A stretch of DNA of 32,000 bases, from positions 180,001 to 212,000 of the forward strand of contig NC_006576.1 of NCBI RefSeq assembly GCF_000010065.1. The letters run 5' to 3'. Below the pieces are notes generated by a model. The model did no database searches, was not told the DNA's origin, and worked only from the letters and a program-made list of their open reading frames with translations. The position numbers and the translations under genes are program-made. Positions 17,964 through 26,817 of this stretch are shown here, piece by piece (within the stretch, counting starts at the first letter, position 1; each line of letters starts with the position of its first letter). The DNA is from Synechococcus elongatus PCC 6301. Its GTDB lineage: Bacteria; Cyanobacteriota; Cyanobacteriia; Synechococcales; Synechococcaceae.

Positions 17964-19325
17964 CTAGGACTTGAGGATCCGAGGTAGCATCACCTGCTCA
18001 ACAAAGTTGGTATAGAGTTCCCCGCGCAGGAACTCAGGCATCTGCAACATCAGCTGATGGAAACTAAGGGTCGTCGGCAAGCCGGTGATGGCGCATTCCC
18101 GCAGAGCACGCTGCATCCGCGCGATCGCCTCTTCCCGTGTTGCACCCCAGACAATCAATTTGCCAATCAGCGAATCGTAATAGGGCGGAATTTCGTAGTC
18201 GGTATAAACATGGGAATCGACACGAACGCCGGGGCCGCCGGGCGGTAAATAGCCTGTAATGCGGCCAGGATTCGGCCGGAAATTGTATTCCGGATCTTCC
18301 GCATTGATACGGCATTCGATCGCATGGCCGCGCAGTTGAATATCGGCTTGCCGGAAGCGCAGCGCTTCGCCTTGGGCAATCCGAATCTGCTCCGCAATCA
18401 AGTCCAGTCCCGTAATCATTTCTGTGACTGGATGCTCGACTTGGATGCGGGTATTCATCTCCATGAAGTAGAAGTTGCCGGTCGCATCGACCAGAAACTC
18501 CACGGTGCCGGCACCGATGTAGCCGATCGCTTGAGCGACTTTGACGGCGGCATCGCCCATTTTCTGCCGCAGGTCTGCCGATAGCGCCGGACTGGGGGCT
18601 TCTTCGAGCAGCTTTTGGTGACGACGTTGAATGGAGCAATCGCGCTCGCCTAGATGCACTACATTGCCGTAGGCATCGGCCAAGATCTGAAATTCAACGT
18701 GGCGTGGGCGATCGATAAATTTTTCGAGATACAGTCCTGGATTCCCAAAAGCTGCCTCGGCTTCTCCTTGGGCAGCAAGGAACAGTTTTTCCAGATCTGC
18801 AGGCTCACGCACCAGCCGCATACCGCGACCACCGCCCCCCGCCGTCGCTTTGATCATGACGGGATAGCCGATCTCGGCAGCAACTTTGGCAGCCGAATCA
18901 ACATCCGTCAGCAGACCGTCACTGCCCGGAATCGTCGGAACGCCGACCCGCTGCATTGTTTCCTTAGCGGTGGATTTATCGCCCATGGCTCGAATCGAAT
19001 CGGGGCTGGGGCCAATAAAGGTGAGATGGTGATCGGCGCAGATTTCTGCAAAGCGGGCATTCTCCGCCAAGAAGCCATAGCCGGGGTGAATGGCGCTGGC
19101 ATTACGGGTCAGGGCCGCCGCAATGATGTTGGGGATATTGAGATAGCTTTTGCTGCTGGCCGCTTCGCCAATACAGACCGCTTCGTCCGCTAACTGCACA
19201 TGGAGCGCGTTGCGATCCACAGTGGAGTGAACGGCGATCGTGCCGATCCCGAGTTCTTCACAAGTGCGGAGAATGCGCAGGGCGATTTCGCCGCGATTGG
19301 CGATCAGGATCTTGTTGAAACGCAT
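17964..19325 (-). CDS. accC: Acetyl-CoA carboxylase biotin carboxylase subunit
   Basis: 453 aa. [30 protein letters not shown]-grasp region GGGGRGMR, and [14 protein letters not shown]. Confidence 0.97.
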   Translation of the reverse strand: MRFNKILIANRGEIALRILRTCEELGIGTIAVHSTVDRNALHVQLADEAVCIGEAASSKSYLNIPNIIAAALTRNASAIHPGYGFLAENARFAEICADHHLTFIGPSPDSIRAMGDKSTAKETMQRVGVPTIPGSDGLLTDVDSAAKVAAEIGYPVMIKATAGGGGRGMRLVREPADLEKLFLAAQGEAEAAFGNPGLYLEKFIDRPRHVEFQILADAYGNVVHLGERDCSIQRRHQKLLEEAPSPALSADLRQKMGDAAVKVAQAIGYIGAGTVEFLVDATGNFYFMEMNTRIQVEHPVTEMITGLDLIAEQIRIAQGEALRFRQADIQLRGHAIECRINAEDPEYNFRPNPGRITGYLPPGGPGVRVDSHVYTDYEIPPYYDSLIGKLIVWGATREEAIARMQRALRECAITGLPTTLSFHQLMLQMPEFLRGELYTNFVEQVMLPRILKS

Positions 19326-19420
19326 AGGAGCAGCGGCAGCCAGGAATTACTAGCGGCAGCAGAACGGCGGCTAAACCGTTTTGAGCAACCGAATCCTATC
19401 ATGCAGCCTCAGTGACCCTC

Positions 19421-19450
19421 TTGCCGAGTCCGCCGATCGCTCGTTATAGT
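19421..19450 (+). promoter_or_regulatory. Candidate promoter for tRNA-Leu (TTGCCG, 18-nt spacer, TATAGT)
   Basis: TTGCCG is at 19421-19426 and TATAGT at 19445-19450, about 30 nt upstream of the tRNA 5' end. Confidence 0.35.
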
Positions 19451-19480
19451 ACTTAAGCGCTTTTGAACAAGTGCAACCAC

Positions 19481-19562
19481 GCGGATGTGGTGGAATTGGT
19501 AGACACGCACGTTTGAGGGGCGTGTGGCTTACGCCATGCGAGTTCAAGTCTCGCCATCCGCA
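19481..19562 (+). tRNA. tRNA-Leu (anticodon GAG), class II with a long variable arm; CCA not encoded
   Basis: Hand-folded cloverleaf. Acceptor stem GCGGATG/CATCCGC plus discriminator A. Anticodon stem CACGT/GCGTG with loop TTGAGGG, giving anticodon GAG. Variable arm TGGC-TTAC-GCCA. T arm GCGAG-TTCAAGT-CTCGC. Confidence 0.93.
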
Positions 19563-19574
19563 TTCATAAAGCCG

Positions 19575-19609
19575 AAAAGCAGGAGAGCAAAACGCTAGCC
19601 TGCTTTTTT
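19575..19609 (+). terminator. Rho-independent terminator after tRNA-Leu
   Basis: AAAAGCAGG (19575-19583) pairs with CCTGCTTTT (19599-19607), inside a T6 run. Confidence 0.7.
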
Positions 19610-19638
19610 GGTTTGATGGTGGGGCCAAGAGGATGCGT

Positions 19639-20874
19639 ATGGATATTTTGATTCTGTCCAACGGCCCAGGGGAAGTTGCCACTTGGGTACGCCCTGTGGT
19701 TAAGGCTCTACGACAACAGTTGGGTGACAATCGCGATCGCCTGCGTCTCTCCCTAGTCCTTGCACCCTGCAGTAATGGCACCGGTCAGGAAGCGGCGGCG
19801 GCAGCTCGCTATCCTGAGCTCGATCGCATCCAAGCCGTTGAGCATTTCTGGCCATTCCTCCTCTGGGGCAAAACTGCGGATAACTGGGACTGGCGATCGC
19901 AGGGCTTGGTGATCTTCCTTGGCGGCGATCAGTTTTTTGCCCTCTGGATTGCCCGACGCTTGGGCTACCGCTGCTTGATCTACGCGGAATGGGAAGCCCG
20001 CTGGACTGGCTGGGCTGATGCCTTTGCGGTAATGACGCCCCAGGTGATTGAGAAAGCACCGCAGAAAGACCGTCACAAGTTTCAGTTGGTTGGCGATTTA
20101 ATGGCGGAGGTCTCAGCGCAGGCTGGATCTGAATCCACACGATCGCGGGTGGGTCTTCTGCCCGGATCCAAAGCAGCTAAATTGCAGATCGGCTTGCCCT
20201 TCATGCTGGCGGCGGCTGAAGCGATCGCGGCTCAGCAACCAGAGATGGAGTTTATTCTGCCACTCGCACCGACCGTGCAACCGCAGCAGATCGCTCGCTA
20301 TGCGGATGCGGATCAAAATCCCGTCATTGCAATGTTTCGGGGTAGTTCCGCCCGTTTAGAAGAGCAACCCACAGGTTGGGTGCTGACGACCGAAAAAGGG
20401 CTAACCGTAAGGTTGATCACGGAATTTCCAGCCTATGTCGAGTTGGCCCAGTGCCAGATCTGCCTGACCACGATCGGCGCGAATACAGCAGAATTAGGCG
20501 CGCTGGCGGTGCCGATGTTGGTGCTGCTGCCAACCCAAAAACGGGATGCGATGAAAGCCTGGGACGGCTTGCCGGGCTTGCTGGTCAAGGTGCCACTGTT
20601 GGGCAATGCGATCGCTAGCCTGATTAATACCTTGGCGCTGCGCAAAGTGGGTCTGCTGGCTTGGCCGAATATTTGGGCGAAGCGGGCGATCGTGCCCGAG
20701 TTGATCGGCGAATACTATCCCGAGGATATTGCCGCGATCGCTCTCGACTATCTCCAGAACCCAGAGAAACTGTCGGCCATGCAAGCGGAACTCAGAGCGG
20801 TTCGCGGTGAGGCCGGTGCGGCCCAAAAACTAGCGGCGATCGCGGCTCAATTGCTAACTCCTGCAGCGCAATAA
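19639..20874 (+). CDS. Lipid-A-disaccharide synthase (LpxB)-related glycosyltransferase-like protein of unknown function
   Basis: The N-terminus MDILILSNGPGEVATW resembles the LpxB-like AGE.SGD start. I recall a cyanobacterial LpxB-related family with this architecture. GAGG at 19629-19632 is well spaced for the ATG at 19639; the in-frame ATG at 19633 is also possible. Confidence 0.55.
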   Translation: MDILILSNGPGEVATWVRPVVKALRQQLGDNRDRLRLSLVLAPCSNGTGQEAAAAARYPELDRIQAVEHFWPFLLWGKTADNWDWRSQGLVIFLGGDQFFALWIARRLGYRCLIYAEWEARWTGWADAFAVMTPQVIEKAPQKDRHKFQLVGDLMAEVSAQAGSESTRSRVGLLPGSKAAKLQIGLPFMLAAAEAIAAQQPEMEFILPLAPTVQPQQIARYADADQNPVIAMFRGSSARLEEQPTGWVLTTEKGLTVRLITEFPAYVELAQCQICLTTIGANTAELGALAVPMLVLLPTQKRDAMKAWDGLPGLLVKVPLLGNAIASLINTLALRKVGLLAWPNIWAKRAIVPELIGEYYPEDIAAIALDYLQNPEKLSAMQAELRAVRGEAGAAQKLAAIAAQLLTPAAQ

Positions 20875-20920
20875 GTGCCTGTAGGCGGTATTTATCAGCA
20901 TCAGTTGGATAGCTGAGTGA

Positions 20921-23260
20921 TCACAGCTCATCATCGCTGCCGCTTGACAGCCGCCGGATATGCAGCACATCGCTCATCTGGCGGATTTGAGAAAACGTCC
21001 GTCCCAGCTGATCTGCACTAGCAAGATCGATACAGAGATCGATAATCGCTGGCTTGCCTGGGGTCGTTTTCACTTGCGCATTGCGGACGTTGATGTTGTT
21101 ATCGCTGAGGCGGGTCAGGATATCGCGTAAAACGCCAACGCGATCGAGCACGGTGATCTGAACATTGACCGGATAGGTCTGTGGCCGAGGTGCTTTGACT
21201 TCGTCCGGATTCCAGCACACCGGAATTAAGCGATCGCCCGCAATCCCTTCCACGTTTGGGCAGCTCTGGCGATGGACTGCAATGCCATGGTTACCCCGCG
21301 AAACTACTGCCAGAATTGATTCGCCAGGCAGAGGATTACAACAGCCCGCCAACCGATACACCAGCCCTTCAACACCAATAATCGGCGATCGGCTAACCGG
21401 GCGCTGGGCATCGTGGCGCTGGGTGGCTTGGCTGAGCGTCGCAGCTAGATCCGCATCCGAGAGCGCTGTGTCTGTGCCTTCCAGCAGTGCCGGTTGCTGC
21501 GATCGCACAGCATCACGGATGCGATTGACCACCAAAGTAATGGTCATTTCGCCGTAGCCGATCGCCGCCAGCAGGTCATCGGGACTGGGGTAGTTGCAGC
21601 GCTCCGCAACCTTTTGCATCGGCTCCGATTTCAGCAGCGCTTCAAAGCCGGGCTTGCCCAGCTCTTTCTCCAGCATTTCGCGGCCGCGTGCAATGTTTTC
21701 ATCGCGATGGCTACGTTTATACCACTGACGAATCCGGTTTTTGGCCGCTGAAGTAACAACAAAATTGAGCCAGTCCAAACTAGGACGAGCATTTTTTTGG
21801 GTCAGAATCTCGACGATATCGCCGTTATTGAGGCGAGTCTCCAGCGGTACTATCCGGCCATTAACCTTTGCACCTGCACAACGGTTCCCCACTTCGGTGT
21901 GAATGCGATAGGCAAAGTCAACCGGTGTCGATCGCTGGGCTAAGGCAATCACATCGCCGCCGGGAGTGAAGACGTAAACATCCTCATCAAACAGGTTGTC
22001 TTTAATATTCTCCAGATACTCCTTGGCATCTTTGAGATCGTGTTGCCATTCCAGCAACTGACGCAGCCAAGTAAACTTCTCGTCTTCGGTCGAAAATTTC
22101 CCAGCTGAGCCGCCGCTTTCCTTGTATTTCCAGTGGGCAGCGATCCCGTATTCAGCAATTCGGTGCATTTCCAGCGTCCGAATTTGAATTTCTAGGGGAC
22201 GACCTGAAAGGCCAATCACCGTCGTGTGAAGGGATTGATAGCGATTGGGCTTAGGCAGACCGATATAGTCTTTAAAGCGACCTGGAATCGGTCGAAAGGC
22301 ATCGTGAACAACAGCAAGTGCTCGATAGCATTCATCATTGCTATTGACGATAATCCGCAGCGCTGCTACATCAAAAATTTCGTGGAACTCCTTCTGCTGC
22401 ATCTGCATCTTGCGATAGATGCTGTAGAGGTGCTTGGGACGACCGCTGACATCAACGGGCTCAATTCCAATTTGTGATAAGCGATCGCGCAGAATCTGTA
22501 CCGATTGCTCTAGCCGCGCCTCACGATCGGCTCGTTTTTCAGCGACGTGGCCTTGGATTGAGCGATATTGCTCTGCATCCAAATATTTGAATGAGAGATC
22601 TTCCAGCTCCCACTTAACACGACCAATGCCCAATCGATTGGCCAGCGGCGCAAAGATATCCATCGTTTCTTTAGCGATCCGCTTCTGCTTTGTGGAGGCA
22701 AGATGCTCCAACGTCCGCATGTTGTGGAGGCGATCGGCCAATTTGACTAAAATGACGCGGATGTCCTGGGCCATGGCCAAAAACATGCGCCGAAAATTCT
22801 CAGCCTGCTGTTCAGTTTTGCTCGAGAAGTTGAACTTCGAAAGCTTGGTCACGCCTTCAACGAGCTGACGAACTTCCGCACCAAAGCGCTCTTCAATCTC
22901 CTCGGGTGTGACTTCAGTGTCTTCGACAACATCGTGGAGAAAACCCGCACAGATCACTGCAGCACTGCCACCCAGATCGCGGAGCAGCCCAGCAACAGCT
23001 ACAGGATGGGCAATGTAGGGCTCGCCCGAGGCGCGGTATTGCCCTTCATGTAGGGAATAGGCGAAGCGAAAAGCGCGGGCAATTAGACAGTGATCACTGC
23101 CGTCAGGCGACTCCTCACTCTGCTGTTCCTCGTGGCTGAGACTTTGCTCAAGCCAAGCCGGTAACTCAACAGCAAAGGTTGAAGGGAAATTGGCGGCTGG
23201 GGCAGCGACGTTCATGGCATCAGCGGAGAAAGGGACTGCCGGCAAACCGGCTGACGGCAT
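20921..23260 (-). CDS. rel: Bifunctional (p)ppGpp synthetase/hydrolase, RelA/SpoT homologue
   Basis: HD hydrolase motif HDVVEDT, synthetase block YIGLPKPNRYQSLHTTV, TGS region, and a C-terminal ACT domain. An alternative start is the ATG at 23215. Confidence 0.95.
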   Translation of the reverse strand: MPSAGLPAVPFSADAMNVAAPAANFPSTFAVELPAWLEQSLSHEEQQSEESPDGSDHCLIARAFRFAYSLHEGQYRASGEPYIAHPVAVAGLLRDLGGSAAVICAGFLHDVVEDTEVTPEEIEERFGAEVRQLVEGVTKLSKFNFSSKTEQQAENFRRMFLAMAQDIRVILVKLADRLHNMRTLEHLASTKQKRIAKETMDIFAPLANRLGIGRVKWELEDLSFKYLDAEQYRSIQGHVAEKRADREARLEQSVQILRDRLSQIGIEPVDVSGRPKHLYSIYRKMQMQQKEFHEIFDVAALRIIVNSNDECYRALAVVHDAFRPIPGRFKDYIGLPKPNRYQSLHTTVIGLSGRPLEIQIRTLEMHRIAEYGIAAHWKYKESGGSAGKFSTEDEKFTWLRQLLEWQHDLKDAKEYLENIKDNLFDEDVYVFTPGGDVIALAQRSTPVDFAYRIHTEVGNRCAGAKVNGRIVPLETRLNNGDIVEILTQKNARPSLDWLNFVVTSAAKNRIRQWYKRSHRDENIARGREMLEKELGKPGFEALLKSEPMQKVAERCNYPSPDDLLAAIGYGEMTITLVVNRIRDAVRSQQPALLEGTDTALSDADLAATLSQATQRHDAQRPVSRSPIIGVEGLVYRLAGCCNPLPGESILAVVSRGNHGIAVHRQSCPNVEGIAGDRLIPVCWNPDEVKAPRPQTYPVNVQITVLDRVGVLRDILTRLSDNNINVRNAQVKTTPGKPAIIDLCIDLASADQLGRTFSQIRQMSDVLHIRRLSSGSDDEL

Positions 23261-23497
23261 CGAACGTGCGATCGCTCCCCTTTTGGCTGGTGCAACTGCA
23301 GCAGTTCATTGGGAAGCTCGGCAGTTGTGCACCGATCTTAACCGTTAATTTCCTGTGAGTCAGGGGGGTGACAGGAATGCTAGTGGACTGAATCGCAAGA
23401 TTCTGGGTCTGAATCCAGTCATTCTTGGTGCAAACGGCAAACCTAGGTCTTGATTCCTGGTGGGAAAATGGCAAGCTAGCTGTGCGAAAGGCGATGG

Positions 23498-24094
23498 ATG
23501 GAAATGATGCGCAAATCTGCAGTCGCGATCGCTGGCGTGTTAGCCGCACTGTCAGCTTCGACCGCTTGGGCCCAGTCCAGTATTCCACTGCCGACCGTGC
23601 CGGCTGGCGGTGGCTCGTCACTCAGCACAACCCCCTTGAAACCCTTGAGCGATCGGTTTGTGGTGCGGCTCCGCTACACAGGTCCTGGTCTGAGCTTGCA
23701 AAGCGCTCTACCAATTCAAGAGGTCATGACTGTTGACCAAAATGTCACGGATAGCAGGGGCCAGGTCATCCTACCGATCGGGACGCCAGTGCTCGGCCGC
23801 TTTGAAACTAATCAGCAGGGCAGTCGGTTTGTTGCACAAGCGCTTGTCCTCAATGGAGTCTCAGTACCGATCTATGCCATTTCAGAGGTCATCACCGGCC
23901 CGCCTACGGCTGATGGCGGTCGTGTTGCCAACAATGCAGGTGTAGGCGCAGCGGCAGGACTAGTGGTTGGAGGACCCGTGGGGTTAGTCGGGGGGGCTGC
24001 TGTCGGAGCTGCATCAGCCTTTGGGAGTGGCTTGCCGGCGACGAGTCTTCAACCCAATCAAGTGCTGGAAGTCTTGCTGACCAGTGCTTGGTAA
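23498..24094 (+). CDS. Secreted hypothetical protein with a C-terminal glycine-zipper segment
   Basis: Signal peptide MMRKSAVAIAGVLAALSASTAWAQS. The C-terminus is GVGAAAGLVVGGPVGLVGGAAVGAASAFG. No enzymatic motif seen. Confidence 0.6.
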   Translation: MEMMRKSAVAIAGVLAALSASTAWAQSSIPLPTVPAGGGSSLSTTPLKPLSDRFVVRLRYTGPGLSLQSALPIQEVMTVDQNVTDSRGQVILPIGTPVLGRFETNQQGSRFVAQALVLNGVSVPIYAISEVITGPPTADGGRVANNAGVGAAAGLVVGGPVGLVGGAAVGAASAFGSGLPATSLQPNQVLEVLLTSAW

Positions 24095-24293
24095 GGGAAC
24101 GTTAAGCTCGAATCAACGGCAGTCTGGACGTTGACCTGCCTAGAAGTGGAAACGGCTGCCCTGTCTGGCTGGAAGCGATCGCTGTTCAGGGCTGGCTAAC
24201 CGTTTTGGTTTGACACTGTCGATTAGCCCCGATGTCTAGCGCCAGTTATGCCGCCATCCAGCCCTGTCATTCGACTTTTCCAAGGATTTTGTA

Positions 24294-24815
24294 ATGACTA
24301 CCGATCTGCTCGTGATTAGTGCCAGCAATGGCGAGAATCTCAAGCTGGCAAACCGTTTTGCAGAAACAGGTTCGGCCCAAGGATTAACAAGCACTGTTTT
24401 AGACCTAACGGCCGTTGATTTACCGCTTTACACCCCTCGGCAGCAGGCTAACCAAGGGTTCCCCAGTAATTTATCCAGCCTGAGCCAACAGCTGGATGCG
24501 GCTCCCCGTTGGGTGCTCTGCGTACCCGAGTACAACGGCTCGATCCCGCCGGTTCTCACCAGTGCGATCGCGTGGCTGTCGGTGCAGGGCAATGACTTTC
24601 GTCGCCTGTTTAATGGACGGCCAATCGCGATGGCGACCTACTCTGGCGGGGGTGGCCATACCGTCCTCACTGCCCTCCGGCTGCAGCTGGCTCACCTCGG
24701 CGCCCATGTGGTCGGTCGTCAGCTGGTCAGCAACTCTGGGAAACCGGCTCAGGACAGCAGTATCGAAGATTTGATTCTGCGGCTCCAAAATATTCCCTAC
24801 CATCCCCTCGGGTAG
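24294..24815 (+). CDS. NAD(P)H-dependent FMN reductase family flavoprotein
   Basis: 173 aa. LLVISASNG...CVPEYNGSIPPVLTSAIAWLS is typical of the FMN_red family. AAGGA lies at 24282-24286, upstream of the ATG. Confidence 0.7.
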   Translation: MTTDLLVISASNGENLKLANRFAETGSAQGLTSTVLDLTAVDLPLYTPRQQANQGFPSNLSSLSQQLDAAPRWVLCVPEYNGSIPPVLTSAIAWLSVQGNDFRRLFNGRPIAMATYSGGGGHTVLTALRLQLAHLGAHVVGRQLVSNSGKPAQDSSIEDLILRLQNIPYHPLG

Positions 24816-24885
24816 TGGGGTGACTGGTTCACAGCTTGCAACAGCAGTCCAGAAGCGTGGGCTGGAGCCGCCGTAAGCTAAGAGC

Positions 24886-26517
24886 ATGACTGCGATTGCC
24901 ATGACTCCCTTAGCTCATTGGCTGGAGACGACTGCCTCCGCTGATTTAGGGCCTGCTCGCTACTGGTACGAGGCTGCTTGCCCGCGCACCCAACGCTGGC
25001 TACGGTTACCCCGTACGGTCCTAGCGGAACAGTTAGCAGTGCAGCTGATGCAACGGCTGGAGATCCAAGGGCTGCCGCTGTTGGAAGGCAAGATGTTTGG
25101 CCTGCTGATCGCTGCCAACGATCAGGGCGATCGTTTTGTCCTGCAAGCTTTCTCGGGATCGCTACAGGGTAAAGCCGAATGGCCGGGCTGGGTGCCGCCA
25201 ATTCCGGGGCGGGAACGAACGCGGCTGCAGGAAGAATTGACGTTGCTGGAACTGCAGGAGATTCGGACTGCACTGCAAGACAATCAGCAGCACCCTATCC
25301 GTGCGGAACTCAAAACAGCGGAACAGGTCTGGCAAAATCGCCTAGACCAGCTCAAAGCGGAACAGCAGCAACGCCGGTTGCAACGGCAACAGGATCGCGA
25401 GCAGGCGATCGCCCAACTTACGGGCGAAGCACTAGCGCACCGTCTCTGGGAAATCGAACAAGCGGGGGCTGACGATGGATTTGCGCGATCGCGCCTCAAA
25501 CAGGCTCGTCGACAGGAATTAGCAGCCTTGCAAGCTCAGGTGGCTGAACTGGAGGCTGAGTGGTTGCGACTGCGTCGCCGTCGGCGCGCCATTTCTCAAG
25601 CCTTGCAAACGGCCATGCATCAAAGCGCCACTTTGCGCAGTTTTGATGGTGTGGAACAGGCAATCGCCAGTTTAGGCCGTCTGCCCACGGGCACCGGTGA
25701 TTGTTGCCTGCCGAAGCTCTTGCATTGGGCGGGGGTAGCGGGCCTGACCCCCCTTTCGATCGCGGAATTTTGGTGGGGCCCCCCGCTCAGCGATCGCCAA
25801 GCGGGGCAATTTTACGGGCCTTGCCGCGATCGCTGCCAGCCAATTTTGGGCCACCTTCTAGCTGGATTGCCACCCAGTTCAGATGAGCCGCTGGAACTGC
25901 CAATTCTTTATGAAGATGCGGATCTGTTAGCGATCATCAAACCAGCCGGACTGCTGTCGGTGCCCGGTACGAGGGGTTTGCAGCAGGCCAGTGCCATTCA
26001 GCTGTTACGCCAGCAGTTTCCAGATCTGCCGACCTACTGCGTGGTTCACCGTCTTGATCAAGCAACATCGGGCATTCTCTTAGTGGCTCGCAATCGCCCC
26101 ACACAAGTGGCTTTGTTTGAACAATTTCGCCGCCGGCAAGTTCATAAAGTCTACGAGGCACTGTTGGAGGGTCAGCCCGATTGCACTGCAGGGACGATCG
26201 ATTTACCTTTGCGGCCCGACTGGACGCGGCGACCCTATCAACTCGTCGATCGAGATCGCGGCCGTCCAGCGCTGACTTACTATCGCTGCATCGACCAAAC
26301 AGGCGATCGCTGTCGCATGGAGCTGGAGCCTATTACTGGCCGCACGCATCAATTGCGAGTTCACATGGCGCATCCTGAGGGATTAGGGCAACCCATTCTC
26401 GGCGATGATCTCTACGGACAAAGCAGCGATCGCCTCTATTTACATGCGCGATCAATTCGCTTTCGGCACCCCAGCCAGCTCGACTGGATTCAGCTGACCA
26501 CAGACACCCCTTTTTGA
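24886..26517 (+). CDS. RluA-family pseudouridine synthase fused to a roughly 330-aa uncharacterised N-terminal module
   Basis: The C-terminal half has the RluA catalytic motif HRLDQATSGILLVAR (Asp codon at 26056-26058) and GRTHQLRVH. The N-terminal half has GKMFGLLI, a Q/R/E-rich coiled coil, CCLPKLL and PCRDRC. Confidence 0.85.
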   Translation: MTAIAMTPLAHWLETTASADLGPARYWYEAACPRTQRWLRLPRTVLAEQLAVQLMQRLEIQGLPLLEGKMFGLLIAANDQGDRFVLQAFSGSLQGKAEWPGWVPPIPGRERTRLQEELTLLELQEIRTALQDNQQHPIRAELKTAEQVWQNRLDQLKAEQQQRRLQRQQDREQAIAQLTGEALAHRLWEIEQAGADDGFARSRLKQARRQELAALQAQVAELEAEWLRLRRRRRAISQALQTAMHQSATLRSFDGVEQAIASLGRLPTGTGDCCLPKLLHWAGVAGLTPLSIAEFWWGPPLSDRQAGQFYGPCRDRCQPILGHLLAGLPPSSDEPLELPILYEDADLLAIIKPAGLLSVPGTRGLQQASAIQLLRQQFPDLPTYCVVHRLDQATSGILLVARNRPTQVALFEQFRRRQVHKVYEALLEGQPDCTAGTIDLPLRPDWTRRPYQLVDRDRGRPALTYYRCIDQTGDRCRMELEPITGRTHQLRVHMAHPEGLGQPILGDDLYGQSSDRLYLHARSIRFRHPSQLDWIQLTTDTPF

Positions 26518-26652
26518 TAGAAAATCAGGGCAATTAATGACTAAAACAAAGTCTAAAAAATCTGATTATTTCTGATTGCATTAATGATTCTGAGATTGGC
26601 TTCAGTACAAAACTTATCGTTATTTCTAACCAAAACTGAACGTCTGTCAGTA

Positions 26653-26815
26653 TATAATCACTAGGCTAACGGTTCTAGCGGGGATCAGCTGCTAGAAGCA
26701 ATGGGGAAAGTGCAGTGTAAGTCTGCCGCTGTCCCGCAACTGTAATGAGACTATTGGTCTCTGAGTCAGGACGCCCACCGTTATCCCGTCAAAACACTGT
26801 CTGCGAGGTACAGGC
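26653..26815 (+). promoter_or_regulatory. Cobalamin (B12) riboswitch with its likely -10 box, forming the leader of the HupE/UreJ gene
   Basis: TATAAT at 26653-26658. P1 is TAACGGT (26667-26673) paired with ACCGTTA (26777-26783). The conserved core is GGGGAAAGTGCAGTGTAAGTCTGCCGCTGTCCCGCAACTGTAA. The B12 box AGTCAGGACGCCCACC starts at 26764. The ATG is at 26818. Confidence 0.85.
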
Positions 26816-26817
26816 AA

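Noticed and set aside
18064-19193. 191-aa and 179-aa alternative-frame or antisense ORFs inside accC
   Set aside because: They overlap an unambiguous, full-length biotin carboxylase. Their R/A/G-rich translations are typical of off-frame reading of GC-rich coding DNA.
19481-19700. tRNA-Leu as an integration hotspot for a genomic island
   Set aside because: There is no integrase, no duplicated copy of the tRNA 3' end that I could find by eye, and the downstream genes (rel, the LpxB-like gene) have host-like GC content and HIP1 density.
19371-19781. 136-aa minus-strand ORF spanning the tRNA-Leu gene and its terminator
   Set aside because: It covers a well-folded tRNA, a terminator and the 5' end of the LpxB-like gene, and has no coding features.
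23289-23333. Imperfect inverted repeat GGTGCAACTGC...GCAGTTGTGCACC in the rel upstream region
   Set aside because: The stem has a 2-nt bulge and a 21-nt loop. It could be a leader hairpin, but I cannot distinguish it from chance without conservation data.
26533-26597. Short direct repeats upstream of the riboswitch promoter: TCTGATT at 26561 and 26571, ATTAATGA at 26533 and 26580
   Set aside because: These are very short motifs in an AT-rich spacer, so chance occurrence is plausible. They are mentioned only as a possible regulator site under the riboswitch finding.
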